The notes under the pieces are model-generated. The model made no database searches. It was not told the DNA's origin and saw only the letters and a list, made by a program, of their open reading frames with translations. Source: Epiperipatus broadwayi (lineage: Eukaryota > Animalia > Onychophora). From it: a DNA stretch of 64,000 nt. Positions within the stretch are counted from its first letter, which is position 1; each line of letters starts with the position of its first letter. This document shows, piece by piece, positions 24,215-37,330 of this stretch. Where the stretch lies: the NCBI GenBank assembly GCA_028023455.1, contig JAQFVV010000002.1, forward strand, positions 10,912,001-10,976,000. The letters are read 5' to 3'. The translations under genes and the position numbers were made by a program.

Positions 24215-24555
24215 AAAAGATGGTAGTTTGCGGCCGCTAGGTGACGCATGACACGGTCGGTACAACTACCAAAAAGATTAATTCATGATTGATCTTCCTA
24301 GTCATAATATAACGTCTGACTTGATTTCTGAGTCAAAAAGAAATATTTCCTTTGAAGTTAATCTCTGTTTTTTTTTTTTTTTTGATATTAAAAAATAAAT
24401 ATTGTTTATTAATTCTTTAAAAGTTTTACCATAACTTACTAGGTTTTTGTTTAATTATAATTGGAAAGAAGCATTTTAATAACAAAACTTAAGTATTATG
24501 TTGTATTAACTTTAACTTCCGGTAAATACTTTTATATAGGTGGATCGATAATTAA
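24215..24555. promoter_or_regulatory. CpG-retaining promoter-like patch with CTCF-like, ETS-like and DRE-like motifs
   Basis: Dense CpGs at 24229-24262. CCGCTAGGTGACGC (24234-24247) is 1 mismatch from the CCGCTAGRTGGCGC CTCF core; ACTTCCGG at 24515-24522; GATCGATA at 24543-24550. Confidence 0.5.
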
Positions 24556-26149
24556 TACTGCTATTAATATAAAATCGTAATAAAAAATATAAAATTAAAT
24601 GATTATCTACTTAAACTAAATCGTTAAACTATAATAAGATTTAACATATCTTTATATAAAAAGATAGTTATAAAAAAGTTAAAATACAAAATAATATGCA
24701 TTTTAATTTCACAACAAATTCCAATCCAGTAATTAAAACATTAAATTTTATGATTAAGTCACTGCCATATGTAGTTGCTGAATATGTTTGTACATTGTAT
24801 AATGTAACAATTATATGTGGGCCACTCTGTACTCTAAGTCCTTTTGTCTTTCTTTACAGTATTTTTTTTATCTCCTGTATCTTGCTCATTTTATTATGGA
24901 TGAAATGGAAATTTTATTATATGTCCAATATTATTAATCTCACAAAATTATTTAAAGTGCCCGAAAGTGTAATCTTTAATGCTAACTTATGGTATACTGA
25001 TCTAGTCAGATTTTTGGTAGAGTTTTACTGATAGTATACGATATGAGAAATCTTATCTCTATAAATTTCCAGCCACTTAGCATGGATTTGCATGGTATCA
25101 TATGTATTCAAATATATGATTGTCCGATTTCAGGCTACAATAAAACTGTGACAGATATTTTCTGCCAACTGACTTTTCAAGCAGTTGAAAGCTTATATTC
25201 TTATCATAACTAGGTATCCCCAGTAAAGGAGAATCAGCACTTATAGGTGATTACTTTCAAATCCTCACTTATTTAAAAGTGGATTATTAGTAGTTATGTA
25301 ACCAAAAATACTTGTAGAAATTTGATGATTGTTTACTTGTTTTACATAGGCGCTGTTTAATATTTTGCTAATGATACTAATCACCTTGATTTTTTTTTCT
25401 CTAATGAGTTTTTTCATCTTTTAATAGAAGACAATTTAAAACAAGTGCATGAGGAATATTTTTCCTATATACAAATTTTAAATTAAATATATATGCAGAA
25501 TACAGATTAAATCAATAATCATATTTGATGTTACCTATTGCAATGAATATTTTTCAATTGCTAATAACTCTAGTAGTCATTTATGATCAGTGATGAACAT
25601 AATATTTCTTCTAGAGGTATAATTACAGAAGTTTTTGATTCCTTCCATTATTGTCAAAGGCTCATCAGTTTGTGCATAATTACATTCAAGACTACTTAAT
25701 GCTTATGATATGAAATCTATAGATTTTTCCATGTCATTTTAGTTGCAATGTGACAGTACTACTTCTATCTTTATTGAAAATGTGTCACTATAGGAATTAA
25801 CTTTTTCTCAGAATCACAATAGTCCACACCTTTTAAGATTTTAGAAGGTTCATTTTGTTCATTTTCTTTTATTCACTTGGCTACTCTTTTTTTTAGAAAC
25901 TATAAAAATATTCAACTATTTCTGTACTATAAGAAATAACTTATTCATAATATGTTATTAGGGCAAAATACTTGAAGTTTCTTAGCATTAACAAATGTCC
26001 TGGGTGCTAGAACTATTCTTTTTTCCTCTTAATTGGATGAATCTAATTATTTTAATTTTTGTATTTCAAATATTTTTCCAAGAATAAATTGTTATGTCTG
26101 CTTCATTTAATATCATTAATAGTTTATCAGTAATTTAATTAAGCTGTTT

Positions 26150-27520
26150 TTATATAAGCAACTACAGGAGAGTCATTAAAATGTGGCCAGAACTTTTGGA
26201 ATGTTTGCTGCCAGTTTATTAGCCAAATTTTGGAATATTATAGGAACCACTTCAACCTTGAATGGTAGTTTTAAACTTATATAAATTCTTATATTTAATA
26301 ATAGCATGCATTTTTTTTACCAATTTATTATCCATTGGCATTTGAATGCATTTTAAAGATAAATTTTAGAGAAAACCTTTTATATTCTAATACTGCCATT
26401 TTCTTTACAATAAAAACAATAAGCATGTAGCACAATGAGCAATTTATGTTTTATTATGTTCATTGCTTTTAGACAGTTGAAACTTCAGAACAAATGGAAC
26501 TGGATTATGGCAAAAACTGACAAGCTACAAATTTGTATTCATCAAATGGACAGGAAATTTATTATAATAATCCATTGCATTAGAAAATACATCTCATACT
26601 TTTCTATTCCAATCATTTAAAAGACTCTGTTACATAACTTTGTTTTTTCAAACTAATCTCTATCCAATAAGTAGAGACTGTTTGTGATTTAAGTGTTAGT
26701 TTGTAATCTGTCAACCACATATAAATCCATATACTTTCTTTTTAAATTTCCCATTGTGCATATTTACCTCAGCTTTTCCTAACAAAGATATATTATTTTC
26801 CTCAAAAGGGATAATATATTATTAGTTTTATCTAAATTTATTTTTTGTTGCTTTATTTATCTCAGTCTCATTGTGTTTATATATATCATAAATACTTCCA
26901 CCCCTAAATTGAGTTACATATATACTTGACAGTCATTATTAGAATTCTGGATTTCAGTTATTTTTTACTATTCATCAGCCTAGCTTTTTCTATTATTTAT
27001 AGATTGGATTCTATTCTTAGCAAAACATATCATCATTGTTTGGCTTATTTTTTCACTGTTTCTGCATTTAATATTTTTAAATTTATATGATGTTTGTCTG
27101 TGATCACTATTACAGCAAAAGTATTTTTATTTTTTGTCAGGTTCATTGGGACTTTTATTTTTTTAAGTTTTTTATTTTGTGTACTACCACATTGTTTTCT
27201 CTAGTAGTATAAATTCCTAAATTACATCCTTCTAAAGACATGATTTGATTAATCATAATCTCCTATGAAGTTGATTGTATCAGGATGGATTTAAATGATA
27301 TTTCTGCATTCATTAAAATCTCACTTTTAATTTGTGGTCAGTCATTATAAATTCCTTATCTATAAATGTTCCATATTCACACGTTTGCCAATGTATATGG
27401 TTCTATAGTAAACCCAAACTTCCTTCTGCTTCTCCTGATTTCTCAGGTTGAAATTGGCATTGGACAAAAATAGTTTGTTAGTAATTGTATAGCTTGTCAT
27501 ATGATAACATTGAACTTTTT
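26150..27520 (-). mobile_element. Decayed non-LTR retrotransposon with REL-type endonuclease (R4/NeSL-like)
   Basis: Minus-strand remnants in order: RKSGEAEGSLGL-like segment, MHNG, a CCHC-region remnant, NTICSL, PMDNKLVKKMHAIIKYKNL and KVEVVPII. Heavily mutated. Confidence 0.45.
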
Positions 27521-29899
27521 TAAATATAGCCTATGCATGGAATATTTCCTATGTTACTTAAGCACATATGGTCACTATACAGTTAGCTTTTCTTCCTCTT
27601 TCCTAAAATTATTTGCACTAAAATTAAAATTTTAACCTATCCAAATATGAGACATTTAAGTCAATTTTGATTTATGGCTGTCATTAAATGAGGATATATT
27701 AGATTGAGGAATAAAGGAAAACATTTATTCAGCTAACTTCAATTTGGCTAAGCTATCTACATTAAAATCTATATATATATACATTACTAAAAGTTGCCTT
27801 AATCACATTTATGTAATACTAATCTGTAATTTACAGTACATATTTTTAAGTTGGAGAGAGCTTAATTGTACTACCTTACATATTATTAAATCCTTTTAAT
27901 CTATTATTTGTTATCTGCATACAAACCAGTGATAGTAGAGATAAAATACCATGAATTGGTGTAAAAAAGCTTTTATTAATAGTGGATAAATCATGAAGAT
28001 GGCAGTCATTTTTCACCAAATATTATTTCCTAGGGAATGATGGTAAAATGTTTATTATAAACTAAATCCCACCTGAAACAATTACATTTATTACAAATAA
28101 TTATAAATGTTTAATAGCTAAAGAAGTTTGAGTTATATATACACACTATGAACCTATTTATGCCAGAAGTTTGAATTAGAGATACTTCAGCCAATATCCT
28201 GACCCGTCAGAATTACTATATAAAAACATTAATATAAGAGAAAAATTACTGAATTATTAAAATTATGAAAAATATCTTTACGAGAATAAAATAAAATAAT
28301 ATGAATTAGATAATGATGATTATTTACTTAAATAAATAAATTTTATGCTAATTGTTATTTTATGTTTCAAAATTTATGCTTGCAAGTAACTAGAGCATAC
28401 AAAAAGGAACTTACTTGGTTATTTAAAAAGAGAAAAGAAGCAATGATGCCATACTTTATTTGATGCAAATTCATTTCTATCATTTTGTATTTATTTGAAA
28501 TTTATTTATCAGTAGAGATGGAACCCATTCATTATGTTTGGAAACTAATAAGATGTTTCATATTTGATGACAAACAAAGAGAAGTGCTAAATGTTTGGCT
28601 TGCTTCAAATTCCAAAATAAGTTATTTTACTTCTATCTTTACAAGCACTGTTTTTTGGAATCTACTAGCTTTTATTATTATTAGAGATTAAACTAATAAA
28701 GCAAGTAAATAATACAATGTGAAGGACAACATATTATCTTAAAATTTATTCTTAAAAAATTAGAGATGAATTGAAAAAAGGGTTTCAAAGATTCCAATTT
28801 AATTTTGGCATATATTGGTCTATTTGGAACTTCTAAATGGATCATAAAATATAAATTTTTAAAGTTATATTTCTTTAATAAATCATAGTTCAATATTCTA
28901 ATTTTTTTAAAATTTATTAGAAAATCTATCTACATATGTGTATGAATTTTTAATAACAAATTGTGACAAGGATGCCAACCCTTAGTGACAAATTATAAAC
29001 TTAATAAGGGGAGAGTTTAAAATAACATGAATGAGCTCTAACTATTATGATATATCTTTTAGTTAATTTAATATGTTCATGTATCTAAGAGTTTAAATTC
29101 AAAATTTCAATAATCTCTTTTTATATGTTGACTTTTTGGAAAAAAATTGTTTTCATCAACCACCTTGGACCATTACCATATTTATGATAACGAATTAATA
29201 TTCTCTGTTCCTTTCAGGAATTCTTTTTCGATGTTCACCTGATTATAACATGATTTATTTTACTTTTAACTTAAGATTTTAAAAGATCAAAAAAGTTATA
29301 ATTTACTTTAAAAATCAACCATATAAAGATGATCAAAAAGTATGAAAATTGTGGCAATACCACCCAGTTAAGTTTTTCATTTCAACAGTAACAATTTGAT
29401 ACCATAACATTTTGACAAGCATTACCCAGTAAAACTCTTCATTTTGTCAGTTACAATTTGGTGTCACAATGTGTGGCTTGATAAATAATAATTAGTCTGA
29501 ATCAATGACTTGATAATATAAAAGTTTTATAATTATAATTTGATTTGCAACATGTTAATAAATTGAGTATTAAAATTATAAATTACTATGTGTACTTTAA
29601 TTCAATTGAAAATTTTGCTTATTTTAATATTATCTTAGATGAAGATGATTTTGGAATCCTTGTTGGAAGTTTAATGATTGCATTATAAAGTGTTTAACAT
29701 TTGATATATTTAAAAGGTATATAGCATTCCATAAATAAGTTATATTTATACATAATTGTTTATTTTATAAAATGATATTTTTTTAGACATTCAAGAGGAT
29801 GCTTATGCTATGGAATAAATGTTTGGTATTCTTCATAGTGATATTAAATTTTATAGTGTTTATTTACTTATATTGTAATTGCTTAATATCATTTTATGC

Positions 29900-32800
29900 T
29901 CATTTATTTAATTAAATTAGATTATAATGAATAATACTAACATTAGATTTATCAGGTGGGTCTGGAAAGGAAAAAATGGATCCATATTCTATACAATAAA
30001 TTTAGTAGATGTTTAGTAAAATGCAAGCCAATTCAGATGCTAGATGCTAAGTATAATGCATCCAAATCTGATTTTAATACAAAGTATAATAAATTAGAGA
30101 TTACATTAGAAGCATTTAATGTAAAATGGGAGGAGTCCAATATAGATTCTGATATAATGTGCTGATCTTAATACTCCTAAAACTGATATGGACACTAGAT
30201 TTAGTAAATTAGGTGAGACATTTGATCTGCTTCAAATAAAAGTTAATGAATCTAACCATAATATGAAGGAGTACTTCAATGGCTTGAATGATAGATTGGG
30301 TGATGTTGAAACTGATGTTAATCTTAGATATAGTGAAGTAAAGGAGGATACTAAAAAATTAGATGATAAAATAGAGGAAAGTCAAAGTAATTTTAAAGTA
30401 GAATTAGAGGACTTGATGTTAATTATGCAGCTAAGATTAATGATATACAAATTAAATTTAAAAAATTTCCAAATGAATGAAAAGAAATTGATAAGTAAAT
30501 AAGGAAAGTAAAAATGAAACTAGAGTTTGAGATTTGAAGCATGAAATAAGGGAAATCTGAACAGAATCTAAGTCGGAGTTAAAAGAAATTCATAAATCTC
30601 AAACTAAATCTGGTAAAGAAATAAAGTTACAAAAAGATGTGAAAGAAATATGTGGAAAATATCAGAATCAGACTGCATAAATGTTAGAGAGAAATCAAAA
30701 TAAATTGAAGGAGTTTGAAAATTTTAAATGTGAAGTAGAAAATAAACAGCAAAACTATAGATCAAATAATATTTAATGAACTTAATATTCATTTAGAATT
30801 ATTTAATAATGCTAGTTTAGGTAGTATTGAAAAGAAGTTAGAAGATATAGATGGTAATATGAATGGAGTGATCAAATTCAAAAACTAAAACAAAAGGTAA
30901 ATGAGAAAGTGGAAACTATAGCAGTAAAACAATCTAAATTAATTTGAACTACAAAATGCTAATCATAAAACTTTAGATAAAATGGATACTAATACTAAAA
31001 GAAGTTTAAAGTATAAAAGAAGCAAATCAGTATCAGAGAACAGAGATGTATATTTTAATAAAACTTACTCTAGTTATGACAGAGATGAGTACACACCACT
31101 TTAAACTAAAAGAAAACTAAGTTTGAATAAGAGTATCTTCCCCAAAGAAATTCTTTAGTTTTCACTGTTTATTCAAGTCAAAAGTGATTTGAAATCACAA
31201 AAATCCTATAGAGTAGAGGAATTATTTGATTTGAGAAGATTGAGTGAAAAAGAGAAATTAACTATTTTCCAGTAATCATCTATATACCTTGGCAAAAGAT
31301 TGGTGGCAATCACTATTTGATAAGCCAAAAACATATGGTGATTTTAAGCACCTTGTGATGTCTAACTTCTGGAATGAAGACTGACAAGATAATATATGGA
31401 ACCATGTCACTCAAGAAATATTTTAATAAGCAAAGTTACACTCACTTTTTTAGTAACCAAGCCTAAGCTGAAAACCCTTACAACATTTCCATTGGCTGAG
31501 CACCAAATCATACAAATTATTAAACATAATTTAATCAGACACATTGAACAAACTCTAATTGCTGATGATCTGCACATCATAGAATAAGTTCTGAGATCTT
31601 AGAAGCTTTGGAAACTAGTGAAGAAGCTTCAAAAACTAATTACAAACATAAGAGGGGGTCATTTCACTATTTCTTATTCAACATATCTTTGTAGAAATTC
31701 TGTTCAAAATAATGGTTACAATAGGAGTAGAAATCATCATTTGGAAAGGTGACCTCCTTATACTAATAATAATTTAAATATTAATAAGAATATAAATCTA
31801 GCTAGAAATACTGATGCCATAGAATGTTATGTTGTAGATAATTCTCAAAATACTTCTGTAAAGGTATTAGAGGTTAAAATAAAAATTCATGCATTAAACT
31901 AAAAAAGACCTGATTGGAATGTTCCTCATTGTGGGGGGGGGGTCGTTTGCTAATTTGCAGAAGAGCAATTTTATTTAATGACTTAATACCTTGAATTTTA
32001 ATGAGGATTTTGAACCTGATCTGTTGGATGAACAGCTGCTTATCAATAACTGTCTATATATTAATATAACTACTAAATGGATTATAGTTAAAAGATGATT
32101 GAATATGGGTAGCCAAGTATCTATTTTATCAGAAAACTTATTTAATAAAATCACTGACTCAAACCCACAAATGCTTTCCTTGCCACTGAAACAGTCACAA
32201 ATAATGTCATTTAATGGTAATAAAGATAAATTATATACTTAGCAAATTTGGATTAATATGCAGATTAATATTACTAACTTTGAACATATTTTTCAATCAT
32301 GGTTGGACTGATTCATGAAATAATCATCAGATTGGATTTCATGAATAAATACAATTGCATAATTAGATTATCAAATCAACAAATTAAATGTCAACAGGGA
32401 AGTTGTAATTTTAATGATAGACTTCCATTTCAATCAATCAATTTATTATATGTTTAAGAAATGTCTTAAAATACTCAAATGATTTAAATTATAAGTATAA
32501 AGAAAATTTTGTCATTTAAAATGCAAATATAGAAGTATATTTTCTAAAATACCAGGCATTATTAAAAGATATGTTCATCACATACATTAAAAAAATTATA
32601 ATCATTTTTAATGTAAATTCCTTACCAGTATAAAGAAGAACTACATTAACAAACCAATAAAATGTTTGAGTAGAAGATTATAAACAAATGTACTTCTGCT
32701 TATATTAATGCTTTAGTTATTGTTTATAAAAAAGATGGATATGTTTGAATTTGTCTCAATGGTTGTTTTCTACATCAGCTGACTATTTCTAAACATGGCA

Positions 32801-33900
32801 TTCCTCATACAATACAAGCATTTCTAATCAATTTAAGAATTAAGATAATATTCACTACTGTTGACAGTCACCTGTTGGCAGATATCTGTCCATCCTAATG
32901 GTTAAAAATATAGAGCTTTTGCATATGAAGGACAATCACGTCTTTGAGAGGATGCCGCCATCTGTATCTATTAATAGCAAGGCTGAATTGATTCATTGTC
33001 TGAACTGATTTCTGTACAAAGAAGTAAAGAATATAATGATCATGTATGTAAATGATATTGTTATTGCTTCTCAAAGTGTAGCTGAACGTATGAAGTGTTT
33101 AGTTACAAAGGAAATTAATTTCCTAAGATATATTGTAGGAGTTCACAGAATTTAGATCCATCCTGACAAAATGACCATCATCCAGAATTTTCCAGTACCT
33201 GAAAACAAAAAGTAATTCTGTTCTTTCTTTGATGTATGTAACTTCTACCATGGGTTTTATCAAAATGTTGCACAAGACATTTTGTGTATCACTTCTTTGC
33301 TTATTAACCTTTTGCAAAGTTGCCTTAAAATGGGTTGTTCTTGAAATAGAACATTTAAAGCTATTTTGTAATGCTAATACTTCAAAAGTCATTTGTTACT
33401 ACAGTTAAAGTTACATATTTAAAAAATGGGATTGCTTAACCCTGAATATTGGATACTTGTTTTAAACCAGCTTTAAATATATGAAATTACTCTTTGTAAA
33501 CAATTTTCTAAGAAATGCTATAATTAATTAATTTCATTTTTCCAATAAATTACTAATTACCACTCCACATCTTTAGAATTGAAGAAAAACAACTTCTTGT
33601 GATTTGATTGAATAATTAAAATTTATCACTAATGAATTTTATTCAAAGAGTAAACTTTATCATTATTCAGGATTGTTCTACAACGATTATTTATTACTAC
33701 ATCCTCAGTGTTTACACCTAAGTCATGACCCAATGATTTTGATCATTTTCAAAATATTCTAAAAGGCTTCATTTAAATAAAATTTTGGAACTTTTAAAGA
33801 CTTTAGATGAACTTTAGAATTCCGAGGAATTTTTTTATTATTATTTATGGTTGCTTTGTTGAAGCAAAGTTCTCACAAAAAGAAAAACATGAGTAATAGA
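29900..33900 (+). mobile_element. Decayed Gypsy/Ty3 LTR retrotransposon internal region (gag and pol remnants)
   Basis: Coiled-coil gag-like ORFs at 29956-30502 and FWNED at about 31370. RT remnants KKDGYV*ICL, FTTVDS, YVNDIVIAS and KEINFLRYIVG...HPDKMTIIQNFPVPENKK...CNFYH. LTRs could not be delimited. Confidence 0.75.
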
Positions 33901-34149
33901 ATTATACAGTTAGTATAATTTAAATTATATTATTTTAGTATTGATGATTTATTATGTGTGTAATTTGTTTTGAAGAAAGATTGTTAATTAATTATTATCC
34001 ATAATTAAAATATAATAGTTTATATTTTGCTTATGTTTTACCAATTTTTAAGATGTCACTAATTAAATGTTATAAGGTATCAAAAGAATGTGTGTACTTC
34101 ATTATAATTAATCATTAAAATCACTCAACACTTAGACCGTCCCAATATC

Positions 34150-34375
34150 AATAACAGTCAACAATCTTAATCTGTTGTCAAAGCAATTTCTATTTAAAAA
34201 TGAAGGTAAAATACCAACTTTATTTGTGATCCAATATATTTGTTTAGATACCAAAGATTCAATTTGAATTCAGAGACTGAAATTATTGACACCCAGAAGT
34301 TTAAATAAACCTCCTTAAACAGGTAAATATAACCTGTTATGAACCAGATAAATAACTAGTAAATTATAACATTCC
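34150..34375 (+). repeat. Divergent dispersed copy of the 53-54 kb repeat unit
   Basis: Shares gtcaacaatcttaa, agaagtttaaa and aacaggtaaatataacctgtt with the 53-kb unit. Confidence 0.6.
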
Positions 34376-34535
34376 AACTGCAATTACAATTTTTAAATTG
34401 CACTCAATGTATTATCTAAATAATAAGTGTAATAATGTTCAAGGCTAAATGAGTTGATTATAGTTTTATAGTCTGAAAATTTCTTATAAGAGTTACTCTT
34501 ATAAAAATAGATACTTGAAAGATTGTATGAAGAAT

Positions 34536-34632
34536 TTTTTTTTTCATATGTCAAATGCATTGACTGGGAAGAGAACCTGGGCCAGCGGCTGGGAAGGCAG
34601 CTATGCTAACCGCTAGGCCACCAACACTTGAC
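34536..34632 (-). mobile_element. tRNA-Gly(TCC)-derived short SINE with A-tail
   Basis: Same family as 662-757. Perfect 13-bp TSD TTGTATGAAGAAT at 34523-34535 and 34633-34645. Confidence 0.92.
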
Positions 34633-36549
34633 TTGTATGAAGAATAATTTGTATATTTATATTATATTTTTGACAAATAAAATTTACATAAACAATATTG
34701 TTGTTTAGGAGAAAAAAGCTCCTAACATCATGAATTATATAGTCTTTTTATTCATAAGTATTAGCTTAGATAAGCATCTTATGTAATGCCATATGTATCT
34801 TTAAAAGTGAGGCAAAAAAATGCCACATCTTTTTAGGTTATGCTGCAATAGGATAAATGTTCTATATTTTAAAAAATAACTAGAGCTTATATTAGAAAGA
34901 TACTTGTATGAGAGACTGATTGAGTTATTGTAGATAGAAACCAGATAAAACTTGTTTCACTTTATTAATTAATAATTATTAGTATGTAAGTTTTCTTTAT
35001 TTCTTGCTTAACAACCTTCTTCAATGTCCTGTTTTGCCCCACAACATGTGGAGATAGATAAGAGAAGTTGAGATCAAGGTTCCATAATTAACATTGCTAA
35101 AAATTATTTATCTCTGGAGGGCTGAAAACTTAATTTATTATTCTATTTCATTTTTTTTGTTACTAAATTGATTTTATGTTTATTAAATTATCATTATTTT
35201 GAGATTCATCATACATAAAGTTATATGCTATTATTATAATGCATTTATTTAAAGGATACTGTTGTAGTAATAATGTTATTAGTTTTTATTTCTAATACTT
35301 GAACATTATTTACATATTAATACTTAGTTAATGTTAGATATGGTCTAGATACAATAAAATATCCTTTGTTATTTAGCCATATTGACAAAAAGATTTATTG
35401 TTAAAGATTTAAATTTTAAGTGACTATTTATTATACTTAATATTTTAAACTAGGGATCATCAATCTTTTTTTTTTTTGCCTATTATCCATATTTGACTCT
35501 TGTTAACATTATAATTTCCCTACCATCCACTGATACCCAAATAACTTAATTTAGTGCTTTATTTGACAATGTTTTGTGGCACACTAAACACACTGGAAGC
35601 TGTTATTGTTACAGATTCAATAAAACCCATTTTTAAGTATTCCAGTAAATAGCCACAAATATATTTCTTTTTTGAGACATACGTTAAAATTTGTTAAAAA
35701 AATTTATAACTTTTAATAAACAGGCATAAGATCACATTTCTTAATTAACCTTAAATATTCATGGAGCACCATAGATAGAAGAGATAGATCATAATTGTTA
35801 GAACTTGCTTGACTATTGTTACAAGTCATACATACAGAGCTCATTGGTTGTTTTTTTGTATTGCTTACCAAAAGCGTAATTGCAAACCATATATGAATCT
35901 CAATATTGAAATTAAAACCTTTAGAGATTTGTATGAAGTTAATATATTTCATGAGAGGCATGAGAAACTCTACAAAAAAAATTTAAACACCTGTTGCAGA
36001 TCTTATGGGTTTTTCAATTTTAACATCTGACAAATACTCACTGCCCATTTGAAAGCTTTAAATGCCTACTAGTGCCAGTAAGGATCAAGTTGGTAGCCCT
36101 GGTTTTAAACTCTGAGATTACTTTAGATTTGATATATGGATTGCAAAACTTAGAGTGAATACACTAATCAAACATATCAATATTGTTAGATGAATTTATT
36201 CTTATTTACAAATCCACAGTTATATTGTGATTTCATAACTCTGAGTTATTATTTATTAATACACATTTATAGTGTTTTTTTAAATATTTAAATATTTTGT
36301 TTTCATTAAAGTGTCATTTTGCAGTAAATATCTGCCTAGTTCAGGTTTAGCTAAGGTTTTGGACAGTCACAAATTGGTTAAGCTAAAGAGGTATTAGGAA
36401 CCTTCCAATAAAGTACCTTATTTTATCAGTTACACTATATACATTGTAATGGTAGATGATATAAGGATAGTGAGGGATATTTAAGCTATCCATTGGTCAC
36501 ACTCCTAGTAATGATGAAGCATGCAAGGTGCATTTATTTATTTTACATC

Positions 36550-37330
36550 TTGCTGCTATTTCTTTATCTCCCCTCTGAATTTAGTATATGATTTGCAAGT
36601 TTCTTTTAATTTATATTTAGATTAATTTGCCATCTTTCAATTTATCTTTTCACATCATCCAATTCTGCTTGTTTTTAATTTGTCTTTATTCATATGCTTT
36701 ATTTTCATTTTGAAATCACTTTGACATATTTTTACTTTTTCTTCCAAAGTAATCTCAAATCAATATTAGTTTTGAATTCATAGACACATTTATTAGATTG
36801 AGATTCCATATTATCCAATCAATTATTTACAATTCTCAACTGATCTTCCCATTTATTTCCAATTTTATCAACTTTTCTTTTAAAACACAATCTAATATCT
36901 ATGTCATTTGTATAATTATCTAGATTAACCTTTTTCTTATCTGAATTTATTTTACCTTTTCCACAATTTATTTTAATATCTTCTACTTGACTTTCAATTA
37001 TGTCCAAGTCAACTTGAGATGCATCAAACTTTTCATTCAATTCTATAATATTATTATGAGAAATCTCAAACCTAGTATCAAGATTATCATTTAATTTTCT
37101 TAGAGTCTCATTACAAAAGTTGTCACTCTATTTGAAAAATATCAAATCTGTTATTTGATTTAATTTGAAAAGTATCAAACTTATTTTCAAACTTCACATT
37201 TAGTTTATCAAATTTATTACTCAAGTCAATTTGAAAACTATCAAACTTATCAATTAATTCATCAAATTCTTTTCAAGAAATATCAATTTGATCCTTCAAT
37301 TCTCACAATATATATAATATTTGTTGGTTA
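36550..37330 (-). mobile_element. Decayed coiled-coil gag-like segment, probably Gypsy-related
   Basis: ORF 36819-37040 is K/E/D/N-rich and coiled-coil-like, with short nucleotide similarity to the gag region at 30.3 kb (gtcaaagt(a/g)attt(t/c)aaa). Confidence 0.4.

Noticed and set aside
25070-25210. First coding exon downstream of the 24.2-kb promoter
   Set aside because: Splice-like signals exist, but the open frame ends in TAG at the donor and resembles nothing recognisable.
35450-36100. hAT MITE bounded by TAGGGATCATCAA and TTGGTAGCCCTG
   Set aside because: The ends match poorly and the candidate TSD (ttttaaac) is off by one base; support is insufficient.
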